Source: Octopus vulgaris
Lineage: Eukaryota
DNA: 64,000 nucleotides
Reading direction: 5' to 3'
Assembly (NCBI GenBank): GCA_951406725.2
Contig: OX597833.1
Span: forward strand, 35,898,001 to 35,962,000
Positions 25,747 through 39,404 of the stretch are shown piece after piece; position 1 is the stretch's first letter; every line of letters begins with the position of its first letter. Below the pieces are notes generated by a model. It worked only from the letters and a program-made list of their open reading frames with translations. It did no database searches and had not been told where the DNA came from. The translations under genes were made by a program, and so were the position numbers.

Positions 25747-27910
25747 GTAATTTCATTTGGGTGCTAACACTGGCGTTTATTCTATTAAGCTCAACCGCGC
25801 GTCCAGGTTCTCAGGTAGACATTAGCAACCGGTGATTGCTTGTTTTAGAAAATACATGCTTGAGAGTCCACAAATATCTACAGCTTTTACAATTATAAGC
25901 AAGTCATTTTGTTACATCAATTTACAATCGTTTCAGCTGAATCCGATCTCATGAATATTGCTATATTATGTAATAACTTATGCTGCTATTGATTCTTGTG
26001 GTGTTATTGACACGTATCGAAATTCGACTCTTCAGAATTGTGTATAAAAACAATTTGCTGTTGATTTTTTAATAATCAATAATATATATAATGTAAATTA
26101 GACATATAACAAACTGAAAAGAACATAAGAAACTCAGGCTTGAATTAACCAGTCAAGACACGGGTGAATCGAAATTAAAAGAATAGAAAAAATAAAAATC
26201 AGGAAAGAAAACGGAATATATTTGTTTTTAGACAGTATAATAAAGTATAGACTCGTTAACAGTTTCTATCTCAAAAGCTATTTTAATACAATATTCTTCA
26301 AAAGTTTTGTTTAAACGCTTTGGAAGTATAGTTATTCTATCAGCTATATAGATAGGGAATTGCAGACATATATTTATAGTGTTATCACAGGAAAATCTTT
26401 TTGTCAGCTACATTATAAGAGACAGTCAGATATTGAATTTACAAGGGTCATGGGATCGTTTATCAGAGAATTCAAAGATCACACGCACACGAATATTTAC
26501 ATGCGCAAACACAGACAGATAACGATGTCACAGATGCTACTAACCCTTTATATCGTATATCTTATTTACCAAAATGAAAAAGAAAATTCCAAAATTTCTA
26601 TACACACAGACATTAAATGATAATGACTGTGCTTTTATACATAGAGATGAAAAATTGAAAAATTCTCCCCTCTTACTTTCAGTCCAATTGACTCAGTCAA
26701 ATTTTCAAACACAGGATATTCTGTTATAAATAAATAAACGTAGATATACTGGTAACCACAGTGGACACTCTCATGAATACATACAAAATTTAAAAGATCG
26801 TATTATTTCAAAGAAATACTTTCTAATCACATATATGCACTCCTGAGATATATTGCTGTGGAGGTCCATTTAGAAGTTTTCCCAAAATGGGTTTCAAGCG
26901 ATAATCTTTCCAAAGTGGGTTCCAGACAGTAACTGGAGTGATAATTCTCTAATAATTTATTTTGAAAGTTTTTCTAAACTTATGGTAGCACCTTATAATA
27001 AGGTCAGAGTGTATATTAATCCTTAGATAATAAAATCAAAATAACTCTTCTAAACAAAGATTAGAATTCCTGTCATACAGATATACAGATCTTGCCACAA
27101 ACCAGAAAGTGTTTTATTGAATTTCCCTTCCTGGCAAATGCCAGATAAGGTTAGCCAAATAAGTATTACATCTCTTGTTTATATCCCGAAATGACGCAAC
27201 ATAAGCATGCCAACAATTTTTGAAAAAGGCTGCTGTTGCACCTGCATATTTGTATTCGTATCCTTCAGTCCAGATCGAGCATTTATATAAAATATTTTTT
27301 ACGGAGAGAGGCACTTTTATTATCTCTGAAATTACATCTTTTAACATTATTAATATTATAACCGCCACTACCGTTACTAACTATTTTCTGAGAATTACTC
27401 ATATTACTACTGTTACTACTATTATAATATAAGCGAACTCCAGGTTACTTAAAATAAGCATAAGCGAAGTTTTGGTTGGATAAAGTATGCTTGTGACATA
27501 TTTCAACTGCTAAAGGCAAATTCACTGCAGTTGCCATGGGCAGATATGGTGTTTTTACACCTTTTATCATAAGAGAACTTTTTTTTCTTCCTGTTAATCG
27601 CAGTTAATTTGCCTTTAAAAGATGAAATATGTCACAAACATATTTTAACTAACCGAAAGTTCGCTTATGGCTTAAAACTATTTAGCGCTGATATTGCTGA
27701 ATATGTGTGTATGTGTGCGTGCGTATGTGTGTGTGAGAAAGAGTGTGTGTGTGGAGAGAAAGATAGATGAGAGAGATGCATACGCATACGTCTTCAATTT
27801 TTTTCTGTTTGCATATTACGCCGTTTCTGTTACACTTCACTCCCCTAACTCATGCTCTCAACTCCTATGTATATATATATATGATGTCTGTATATATATA
27901 TATCTGATGT

Positions 27911-28036
<126 letters not shown>

Positions 28037-28893
28037 ATGTATGTATATATGTATGTATATGTATGATATATGTATATATATATATGTCTGTGTATATATA
28101 TATATACATATATAATATATATAGGTATATATACATATATATATATAGGTATACACACACACATACACATATATATATATGATGCTGTTTGTTAACGCCC
28201 AGTGACAAAGCGTCCTTTTAGAATCATCATGTGTGGTCGACTGTTGCGTCCTCTATCTTCAACAACTTTCGAACAGACAACCTCACATCTTTAAATAATC
28301 CTATCTGGAGAAGCATATGATATCATTTTATTTTATATGATGACATTGCACGTATCATATACATGCTATACATCCATCCATCCATCCATCTATACATACA
28401 CATACGCACACATATGCACGTATGTATATGGCACATGGATGCATCTATATATTTATATATATCATTTAGGCATAACGATGCTAATAACCTATTGTAAGGA
28501 TTTAATATACATATGCTTTAGAAAAAAGGTGTTAGTCGAGTATATAGGGTTAAAAGTCATAATATTAATGTCAAGGAAACAAGAAATAATGTAATGAACT
28601 TCAATACATAATTTCTATATGTGCAAGCGTTTCGGCCATGACCTCACAAAGTCAGCCATAACTTCGCGAAGCAAACGGTTTACTAGAAATTGTGCAGCCT
28701 AACAACAAAAACTGAGAATATAATTATACAAATATATTCTTTTTGACTGATTAGCAGTATTTCTTATGTTGACATCTTGTTTTGATTTAAACTCTTTTTT
28801 TCATCTTAGTTATCTATTGAGATTTTGCGATATTGTGATTTGCATGCAAGCTTTTTTCGATAAGCAGTACACTGCAAATATGTAAGTCGTCTA

Positions 28894-28953
<60 letters not shown>

Positions 28954-28987
28954 ACACACACATTCACACACACACATGTACACACAT

Positions 28988-29035
<48 letters not shown>

Positions 29036-29125
29036 GCACACACACTCTCTCTTTTCTCCATATCTCTCTCATACATGCATGTATATACATATAACATACC
29101 CACACCAGTTGTGATATATATATAG

Positions 29126-29158
<33 letters not shown>

Positions 29159-29329
29159 TATATATATATATGTATGTATGTATTATGTATGTATATGTAT
29201 ATATATTATGTATGTACGTCATGCGTTCATGGAGAATCCTTAATGACTCATATATGTGTATATGCTTATGTGTGCATGCATGTATATATGTTTATATGCA
29301 TATGTATGAATTCGCATGTATGTGCGTGA

Positions 29330-29380
<51 letters not shown>

Positions 29381-30047
29381 CGTATAAGTCCAGCGGCCAA
29401 TCTGGAGCAAATCAATAGAACGCTATCAATGGAAATATAAAACATTTTTGTATCAGTAATTTGATCTCTTTGATAAAGATAGAATTCATTAGTTTTCCAT
29501 CGAAACAATCTTTTAGATATTCTTGGAATCAGCAAGCTGAAATATGCAAAACCATTGTGCACCCAGGTCAGATCTGCCTAATACATAAAAAGTGATATAT
29601 GAGCAATTTTTATGAATTTAGATACGTGTGGTAGATGGTGCTGTACTAAATTACGAACGCATATCAATTGGAGAAAGAAAATATAATTTTTGTTGCAACA
29701 GTTAGAGACTTACAAAAGAAACTTTATTTCACAGAAAATTGAATTTTCATGCTTCACAGGCATGGAATTCTGATTTATGCTGGCTAACACCGATGTCCAT
29801 TCTTCGTTCCTATTAAATCTCATCAGGAAAACAAAGCTCATTTTGATTGGTAGACATAGATTATACAAATAGAAAACATGTAATAGTTTGATAAATATAA
29901 ATTGCATAATTGCAAAGCGAAACACATCAAGTGAACTATTACATTTAAGTTTCATAATTAAGATGATAATGTACCCAATGACGTATGCCATGAATTTCTC
30001 AATATATTGAAACTGACTCTTAATTATAGAAAGAAAAAAAAATACTT

Positions 30048-30755
30048 ATTCTTTTATTCTTTTACTTGTTTCACCTTTAGTCGAACAAATCGACCCCAGG
30101 ACTTAATCTTTGTAACCCTAGTATTTATTCTATTGGTCTTTCTTGCCGAGCGGCTAAGTTACAGGGACGTAAACACACCAACATCCGTTGTCAAGCGATG
30201 GTGGGAGACAAACACACACACACACATATGTGTATATATATATATATATATATTTTAAATAAGGATAAAATCTTTATAAGAAATTATCAGTAGTTAGCGT
30301 GAAAAACCTCGTAAGAGAAAAAATCTGTAATTTTTTTCAACTTTGAAAATACTTATTTATATTATATAGAGGGTACTATTATTCATAGGTACCGCACGCT
30401 AGGAGGGACTATTGCAGTCAAAACTACTAAAATAAACACAGGTGATATGTAACTAAATTCTGTTTTTAAATGACTCGCTTTGAAGTTTTGCATTCGGTAC
30501 AATTTGTTTATTTTAGTAGTTTTGACTGCAAAAGTCCCTCCTAGCGTGCGGTACCTATGAATAATAGTACCCTCTATAAAATATATATATATATATATAT
30601 ATATGACGGGCTTCTTTTCAGTTTCCGTTAACCAATCCACTCACAAGGCTCGAGGCTATAGTAGAAGACACTTGCCAAAGGTGCCACGCAGTGGCACTGA
30701 ATCCGGAAGCATGCGGTTGAGAAGCAAGCTTCTTACCACACAGCCACTCCTGCGC
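30048..30755 (-). mobile_element. SINE family B copy split by insertions into its internal (TA)n
   Basis: 3' half at 30048-30230, 5' half at 30603-30755. Confidence 0.8.
30365..30578. mobile_element. palindromic MITE-like foldback (74-bp arms, 66-bp spacer)
   Basis: 30365-30438 is the reverse complement of 30505-30578 with one mismatch; TA-rich ends. Confidence 0.85.
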
Positions 30756-30976
30756 GTATGTGGGAATTGCACCAACTGCCTTTCGGTAGTTGGTCGAACA
30801 TCACAGTATAAGTAGAATCTCTGGGGTTAAAGTGATAACCTGCATGGAATATCCCTCAAACCTATCCTATAACTTTAAAATGGAAACAAATATGTATAAA
30901 GTGATCTCCAGAAACTTTACATTCATGGAAAAAGCAAGGGCAGCCATGGATGTGTCACCACCCGAATTATGTAATA

Positions 30977-31531
30977 CTAGCTCTATGACACGGCGTTGCC
31001 AGGTCCAGTGCTAGTCAAGCATATTTAGTCTTTCATGAAAATCCCGCTCACTTGTCATTCACTTGGTCTAATTATTCCCTGCATTTCTAAAATCAAAAAT
31101 AAGGGGGCACGCTTGAAAGCCAAAACATATGATAACGCGTCTTCGCAAAACACAAAAATGCAGTCATACACATTGTCTGCAAATGCACACGCGATTCAAC
31201 TGCGAAGGGTAAAACTATCTCCGTCCAATCAAAAAACAGCTGGCAGTCTCCCGGCCTATCTAGCTGTATGCACGCACCGCGTACAAATTTCTATGTTTTA
31301 GCGATTTTGAATGGATACGCCCATAACGTATGGGCATATGGGGTCAGTTTATCGATTTTTTAACGGCTTTCTGGGGTGACTGGGGAAATGAAAAGATCTT
31401 TACGACCACCCTCAGACAGTTTTGAAATCCCATAGAAAATATGAGCCTTTTACGTGAAAAACTGTGGATTTGTATAAAGGGCACACAGACACACTAATAC
31501 ACAGAAATATTGCCGTTTATAGATATAGAGA
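30977..31531 (-). mobile_element. non-autonomous Helitron
   Basis: Minus: A|TCTCTATATCTATAAA... CCTGGCAACGCCGTG hairpin-like ...CTAG|T. Confidence 0.8.
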
Positions 31532-31699
31532 TGCATATAATTAGAGTGAATATTGTGTAGCTTTATTATAAAACACATATCTTTAACCACAATCAAGTTG
31601 ATACGTAAAACATTTGCCTTTGCATCCCGTACCTTGAGTTTAAACCCACTGCAAGGATATCACTGTGTATCTAACTGTTAGGAGAGGGTAGAAAGCACA

Positions 31700-32220
31700 T
31701 CCTGAATATCGAGGCTAAACTAGATCCTGGATATCAAGACTGAATCAGATTTTGGTCATCTGATTGATTCAATTTTTAGGTATTTCTACTGAATCAGATT
31801 CTGGAGATAAAGACTGAATCAGATCCTGTTCATTAAGGCTAAATTGGACCCTGGGTAACTAGACTGAATCCTATGATGCAAAGCTAAATTTATCTCAAGA
31901 TCCTAGTCATGAAGACTGAACCAGATCCTGGACAGCTAAATTGGATTTTAGATAGCTAGATTGGCACGAGATTGTAGGTATAGAAACTAAACATGACTCT
32001 GGACAACTAGATTGAATCAAATTCTGGTTAACTAACTTGAACATCCGACGTTGCTAAACTGGGTCAGATGCCGGTTAGCTAGACTGAACTATGCCCTAAT
32101 CAGCAGCGAGACTAAGTTAGAATTTGAGGATCAGACTGGAGTTGACCTTTCTTAGAGCTACAATGATCCACATCCTGGAGGGGGGTAGGTATACTGAACT
32201 AAATCCATGACTTCTAGACT
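31700..32220. repeat. degenerate 25-bp minisatellite (AGACTGAATCAGATCCTGGATATCA-like)
   Basis: About 20 diverged units at ~25-bp spacing. Confidence 0.8.
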
Positions 32221-32232
32221 TGGCCATCTTCA

Positions 32233-32540
32233 TTGTTGTTGTTTGTTCCTTCTTGAGCCACGCCTGGCTCATAGGGGCCGGTTTCCCGGTTTCTTTGGCG
32301 TATAAGTTCCCCACCTGGACGGGACACCGGTCCGTCGCAGGTGAGCTGCAAGATTCAGGAGGAAAGAGTGAGAGAAAGTTGTGGCGAAAGAGTCAGCAGA
32401 AGTTCGCCATTACCCTCTGCCGGAGCCGCGTGGAGCTTAGGTGTTTCGCTCATAAACACACACATCGCCCGGTCTGAGATTCGAACCGGTTATCCATCGT
32501 CCGAGAGCCCGCTGCTCTAACCACTAAGCCATGTGCCTCC
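32233..32540 (-). mobile_element. SINE family C, tail type 2 (Meta/V-domain-like)
   Basis: Head GGAGGCACATGGCTTAGTGGTTAG; CTGCGACGGACCGGTGTCCCGTCCAGG...GAAACCGGG; (CAA)n tail. Confidence 0.85.
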
Positions 32541-32908
32541 ACTTCTTCATTGTGATGTAAAAAAATTTTCTCATTCCAGAATGACACCAGTCGTGTTAGC
32601 CCTTGTTTACCATATTCTGTCATGTTTTGGTTGATGTCGGAATCAGAGGCTTTTATTTTTCCATTTGTCTTTTTGTCTTGTTTTTTTATTTTTTGTATTT
32701 TCTTATTTCTATAGATTTCACTGAGTTTTTATTCATGTTGTGACAGACACTTTCTATAATATACGTCTGAAACAAATTTGCAGTTCACCCATCATCGCAT
32801 CTCTTTGGCAAAAAATTTGCACGAACTAGTTTATTTCATCAAATCGCTGTAATAGAGAAGAATGTTTTACAGTTTACCATATTTGTGATAAGCTCATATT
32901 TAAGCTAT

Positions 32909-32956
<48 letters not shown>

Positions 32957-32964
32957 CCTTATAT

Positions 32965-33310
32965 ACAAGGCAGGGGGCAGTCTTCGTAGGGAAGCTCACC
33001 GATAACTTTCACACTATGTAGCAACAGGAATTTGTTCCTCGGGAGCTCAAAGATGCTTTATTGTCTGTCCATCTCCACAAGAGACCCCGAACCGAGTAGT
33101 CCTGTAACAACCACTGAGGAATTTCTCTCCTTGTCATCGCCTGCAAGATACTCGCAAGAGTTCTCCTTAACGTCCTCACTCAGCACATGGAAGACAGGCA
33201 TCTACAAGAAAGTCAGTGTGTTTTTAGAGAGGGGTGGGACGGTCGATATGATCTTTGCCGCACGCCAACTTCAGAAGAAGTGCTAGGAACAGAACCGAGT
33301 CTTATACTTG
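32965..33310 (+). mobile_element. RTE-clade LINE reverse transcriptase fragment
   Basis: ELKDA, CNNH*GISLL..ACKILARVLLN, ESQC.FR, TVDMIFAARQLQKKC*EQN. Confidence 0.88.
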
Positions 33311-33794
33311 ATTTATAAATGATTTATAAATGACGGTCTCATGTATTTTACTTGCTGGTTCATTGCTTGCAGGATATTCTTTCTTGAATACTTCTCACAT
33401 TTCTGTGCTGATAATAAGGTAATACGAACCAATTAAAATGTTTTGTAATATTTATGCGAATATTTTTATTCATTTCCAAATTCTGAGGGCTGTTTCCATG
33501 GGCACTCATGATGCTGTAAATAGCAACCAACCTTCACACAAAGAATAATACTCTATCGTCTAACAAAAAAGAAACAAAAAAAGACTATAGGATTCCTCAG
33601 TCAGATAAACGATAACATCAAAGAAAAGTGAAGTGATTTGCGCGGTTATTTCCTATATCTCCCATCTAATGAGACTAAAGCAAAATTATGAGAGCGTTTA
33701 GGAATCACTTAAAGAAATATCACAGGGTGTGTCATGGGGATAAACGAGAAATATAGCAAGAATTGCCGATCCCCCCCCCCTTCTCGACCACCTC

Positions 33795-34158
33795 TTCATC
33801 CTCATCGTCATCACCATCATCATCACCACCGCCATTATCATCATCATCATCATCATCATCATCATCGTCGTCGTCGTCGTCGTCGTCATCATCATCATCA
33901 TCGCCATCATCAAGACTATCATCATCATCGTCATCATCATTATCATCATCATCATCATCACCATCATCATCATCCTCATCATCACCATCATCCTCATCCT
34001 CATCACCATCGTCATCACCATCATCATCATCGTCAACATCATTATCATCGTCATCATCATCATCGTCAACATCATTATCATCGTCATCATCATCATCACC
34101 ATAATCATCATCATCGTCATCATCATTATCATTGTCGTCATCATCATCACCATCGTCG

Positions 34159-34191
<33 letters not shown>

Positions 34192-34250
34192 CCATCATCA
34201 CCATCATCATCACCGTCATCATCATCATCACCATCATCGTCATCATCGTC

Positions 34251-34282
<32 letters not shown>

Positions 34283-34334
34283 CATCATCATTATCATCGT
34301 CATAATCATCATCATCCCCGTCATCATCACCGTC

Positions 34335-34391
<57 letters not shown>

Positions 34392-34505
34392 GTCATCATC
34401 ATCATCATCATAGTCATCGTCATCATTATTATCATCATCATTGTTATCGTCATCGTCATCATTATCGTCGTCGTCGTCGTCGTCATCATTGTCATTATCG
34501 TCATC
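33795..34505. repeat. ~700-bp interrupted (CAT)n trinucleotide repeat
   Basis: CAT/CGT/CAC/TAT triplets throughout; source of the poly-D/H/M/S ORFs. Confidence 0.95.
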
Positions 34506-34935
34506 ATACATTTTTCTTATCTTGTATGGTGGAATATGAGAACTGTTAGAGTGCTACACTGAATGCCTGGCAATATCTAGTTGTTACCTATGTGTTTTTG
34601 GCATTTGCTCCCTTTGTGTAAGGGTCAATAAGAGAGAGACAGCGATTATGTTGGCTTTCACCTATTTCCATCTCTCGCATAATTATAACCTTGTACGAAA
34701 ATTTAGAAATCTTTTATAATCTTCGTCACTATTATCAGGATTAAAAAATAAGACAGACTCCCTTAGGGAGGAAAACAAGAAGAATAAAAACATAGAAAAA
34801 CGTTAATTAGATCCGACCTGACAATATTCATCTCCGCATCGTCCGTCTGTTGCAACTGGTAGAAAAACTCGTGTTAAAGATAAGACAAAAGCGAAAAGCA
34901 GCTTTCAAGACAGAAACAAATCTCAAACTACTTAC

Positions 34936-35400
34936 GTGAAGAACACAACTGTAACAATAACAAATGAAGGCAAAGTAAATATAAACAGACTGTCTTCTAA
35001 AATTCTTTTTTTGTTTTTAATGTCAGTTTTGACTAAAATAAAGAAGGCCTTTGGAGTGTTTATGTCTGGATGTTATTATTGTTGTAGTTACTGATGTTGT
35101 GCTGGGGTGGGTAGGGTGTAGTGATACTGGAGAAGCAAATTTCGTTATTCAAAGTTGGTTTTCTTTATGTTTGCAAAGGAACTGTCAAACAGAGATTCTT
35201 TCCTTCTTTTCTTTTGCGAACGGATTTCTTCCAAGACAATGTTCCATTTTCAGTTTTCTTCAATTGTTTTATTTTTGCTGGTTTTATTATTTTTTTATAT
35301 TTTTTTTTTTAGGGGCAGGGGTTTTCTCATTTTTGTAAATCTGTCTCTTCGTGCTAATTTGTTTCTTGTTTTCTTCTGCGCTTCTTGTCTTATCTGTCGT
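34936..35400 (-). other. candidate non-coding (5' UTR-like) exon
   Basis: TE-free sequence ending at a minus-strand CAC|GTAAGT donor; upstream boundary unknown. Confidence 0.25.
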
Positions 35401-35812
35401 CTGAATTCCGTTACACATCTACAACCATTACAACACCAACAACATTCACAAAAACAACAAGGAGAACAACGGCAAGAGCAACAATAACAACAAATTCATG
35501 CTCGAGAGAAACAACAGCAAAGTTGTTAAGAAAGAGTTTGCAATTATTTTGACTTCGTTTGTAGAAATTAGCAATATACTTAGATTTAATTAGATTAGAA
35601 TCCTTTGGGAGGTTTATTTATCTTCTTATTTTTCCTTTATTTTCATATTTAGTTTCCGCTTTATAAGCTGACAAGAATCAACAATAGCCCGTTATATACG
35701 AAGTAAGAAAAATATTCAAACAGACAATAATATTACGATTGATGACGAAAAATATTTACAGAATAGATAAAACTATGTACGTGTGTGTGAGAGTGCATTT
35801 ATATACATATAC

Positions 35813-35908
<96 letters not shown>

Positions 35909-35996
35909 ATGTGTGTGTGTGTATACATATATACACGTGTATAGTGTGTGTGTGTATATATATACATATATAGGTATACACACACACACACACATA

Positions 35997-36849
35997 TGTA
36001 AAATGTCTGATCAATAAGTATCCGGACTGTTAGGACAGTAATGAAGCGCGCAGAGTAAAGCCATTTGGCGCAGATTGACCTTAAACTCTGTTGTGCCCGT
36101 GCACTATGTTTTAACGTTCTAGCTCATTTCCACTCTTTACAGCAGTGCTTTGAAGGAACTTGTGTAGCATGTGATTGTCGCACTGACCGTTACAGAGAAA
36201 GCTGTCAGGAGAATACGCAAAGTTTCACAAAGTGTATGGGGAGATTGTATAAACCGCACATAATTGAACGAGTGGTTCAGAGTTTTCCAAGATGGCCAAA
36301 AATGTCGCTATTGGCGGACGTTCTGGGTGACTCGTAACCAGTAGAACTGAGAAAAACACCGCAGATATACGTGCAGCTGTGAGGGGAAATCGTCGAATCA
36401 CCTGTGAGTTATCAGATGATGTGCAGATTAGTTACGGTCCAGTTCAGTCCATTACTGCTGAACATATGGGTATGAGACGCGTGTCTAACAAGTTTGTGCC
36501 AAAACTGCTTTCACCTGACCAAAAAGACACTCGGGTTTCAGTTGCACAAGTTTTCCTTCATTGGGTCGAGAACGGTGAACATTTTTGAGTCGGGCCCTGA
36601 GCAGGTATCGCTAAGCTTTTGGCAAAATTCGATGCACATTCCCTGCTCTATCATGGTCAATGCAACGATCACACGTTACATCTCTTCCTTCCAAGCACTA
36701 CTGTAAACAGAGGAAGTGAGGTAGAACGTTAAAGCTTAATGCGAATGCACAACGGATTTCAAGTCAATCTGTGCCAAGCGGTTTTACTTTGCTGTGTTTT
36801 AGCATCGTTACTATGGCAACAGTCCAAATACTTGTTGATGAGACCACGT

Positions 36850-36850
<1 letters not shown>
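35997..36850. mobile_element. mariner-derived non-autonomous element with two inverted 5' ends
   Basis: ~190-bp inverted termini; interior RSG..VTSRTE...RRVSNKFVPKLL; right end carries the transposase start MIEQGMCIEFCQKL on the minus strand. Confidence 0.85.
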
Positions 36851-36931
<81 letters not shown>

Positions 36932-36977
36932 GTATATATATATATGTATATATACATGTGTATATATATATATGTGA

Positions 36978-37016
<39 letters not shown>

Positions 37017-37020
<4 letters not shown>

Positions 37021-37140
37021 CCTGCTCGCTTAGCCAGCGGAGTGGCGTCATTTGAAGCCTAAAACAATGCAAAGCGCATTGTGACCAGCGATGTGTAGCA
37101 ACATCTGATAGTCTGGTCAGTCACGGTGATCACGGTGATA
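37017..37140 (+). mobile_element. SINE family C 3' tail (type 1)
   Basis: Reverse complement of 18058-18131. Confidence 0.8.
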
Positions 37141-37145
37141 TATAT

Positions 37146-37803
37146 ATACATATATATATATTATTAATAATACGTTAAAAAAGTGTGTTATTGTCTAGGA
37201 TATTCTTACGAGCCAGCAGAAACTTTAAAACGCCGAAAATTATGCTTACCGGCATTTCGTCCCTCTTTACGTTCTGAGTTCAACATTCAAAGAGATCGAC
37301 TTTAGCATTCATCCTTTTCATTTTACATAATATTTGTACTATCTAAAACATTGGTTTTACATTTTGGCGCAAGACTAGAAATTTAAGTCAATTACTTCGA
37401 CCCTAGAGTTCAAGTATCATTTATTTTATCGATCCCAAAAAGGATGAATGCTAAAGTCGATCTCTTTGAATGTTGAACTCAGAACGTAAAGAAGGACGAA
37501 ATGCCGGTAAGCATAATTTTCGGCGTTTTAAAGTTTCTGCTGGCTCGTAAGAATATCCTAGACAATAACACACTTTTTTAACGTATTATTAATATATATA
37601 TATGTATGCTTACCGGCATTTCGTCCCTCTTTACGTTCTGAGTTCAACATTCAAAGAGATCGACTTTAGCATTCATCCTTTTGGGATCGATAAAATAAAT
37701 GATACTTGAACTCTAGGGTCGAAGTAATTGACTTAAATTTCTAGTCTTGCGCCAAAATGTAAAACCAATGTTTTAGATAGTACAAATATTATGTAAAATG
37801 AAA
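37146..37803. repeat. inverted triplication A-B-C'-B'-A'-B-C of a diverged SINE A copy
   Basis: B (37241-37318) recurs inverted at ~37438-37515 and direct at 37605-37682; flanks A and C are duplicated in inverted orientation. Confidence 0.9.
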
Positions 37804-38291
37804 TCGGTAAAAAGTTCAGTTGAGGGGGTGGAAATATTTATTGTATCAAAAGTTGAGTTTTGCACTGCACAAAACTCAGAGTAGTCTGTCAAATTTTTTT
37901 GTATAAAATAATATAAGAATCAGCAGTACATGTTCCCTTAGTCGGTTCTATCCTCATATGTGGGTATGTGAGGCGGATTCGCTTGTCTGATCAACTGAAG
38001 CACCAGTTCCTTTAACGCGTGCTTTCAACATAATTCTTGAGCGGATTTACTTTGATACAATGTCTGACAAAAATGTACAATTTTTAGATACCGATGCAAT
38101 CTACTCGAAAGACTGCTATACAGTTTACGTAAAGTAAAGGTCGACCCCAGGCTACAGAAAATGACACTTACCTAAGATACCGCACAGTGAGATTCAACGC
38201 ACGACCTCGAAATGGCAAAGTGGGCTTCTTAACTATTTAGCTACGTGCACCTAGACATACTCAACACACATAAATACATGTGAATACGTAA

Positions 38292-38354
<63 letters not shown>

Positions 38355-38389
38355 TGTGTGTGTATGCTTATATGTATTTATATCTACAC

Positions 38390-38440
<51 letters not shown>

Positions 38441-38717
38441 ATTTTGCATAATTATTCAATTATATTGTATATTTCTATTCGAGCTAAATAAAGAGTGATT
38501 GTAACTTTAATTGTTCATCGGCATTGGTTCGACAGATGCCACATTTAGCACCCTGGAATATCCGTCCTGCTCTTGAATGCGTAGTCTTTCAAAACAATTA
38601 GTAAAAGCATTATACAGGCAACAAAGTCGTATCCACTTGCAAGTGACAGGCTGTAGTAATTCCTGCTTTCTGCTAATTCCCAGATTTATTCATACATATA
38701 CGTATGAATATATATAT

Positions 38718-39091
38718 TTGTATATATAAAAGCAGGATGTGTGTGTGTGTGTGTGTGTACGTGAATGTAATTTATGCACGTCCACAAATTAGCACGCATG
38801 TTGCTCCAATTTTAGCAGAACATTCGTCATGATCCTAGCTGTATTTTCATCAACTTATTTTCCCCAGAGGCGCCAACGAATAGCAGTAAAAATAAATGTC
38901 CAACCAAAACAATTTTCAAGTCGGAGAAACCACCATTGTTCACAAATAGGAGTTAAGTCCCCTTCTAGCAACGAGTAAGTTTTCGATAAGTGTTTTGTTG
39001 ATATACGGGCAACACACAAACACACACACACACGCACACGAGAATGCATGTAATAGGTGTACGTACGTACGTGTGTGTATGTGTGTGTTGC

Positions 39092-39150
<59 letters not shown>

Positions 39151-39276
39151 AATTTCAACGGATTTCGCCCAAATTTGATGTTGATGTTGATGTTACTTAG
39201 TTTGGTTTGAAATATAGAACTTGATTAGCTTAATAATCCTAATTTAATTCCTGGCAAAGCTAGGTTATACTGCTAG
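38718..39276 (+). mobile_element. non-autonomous Helitron (diverged)
   Basis: TATATATAAAAGCAGGATGTGTG start; CCTGGCAAAGCTAGG hairpin then TACTGCTAG|T. Confidence 0.7.
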
Positions 39277-39404
39277 TGTCTTCTATAGGGATGTATTCGT
39301 ATATGCATGCTTGTGATTATAAATGTATATGCAAACTCACCCCACACCCCACATACGTAATGTATCAATGAGTCTATATTTGCATTTGTATACACACACA
39401 CGCG

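Noticed and set aside
28620-28675. Additional minus-strand hammerhead (GGCC GAAA CGCUUG)
   Set aside because: Stem II and GAAA are present but the CUGANGA core is not
29385-29580. Minus-strand exon candidate ADLTWVHNGFAYF...
   Set aside because: No donor before the microsatellite and no recognisable protein
31700-32220. CRISPR-like array
   Set aside because: Contiguous degenerate units without spacers
33698-34549. Poly-Met, poly-His, poly-Asp and poly-Ser ORFs as genes
   Set aside because: Several frames are open purely because of the (CAT)n repeat; no signal peptide or domain
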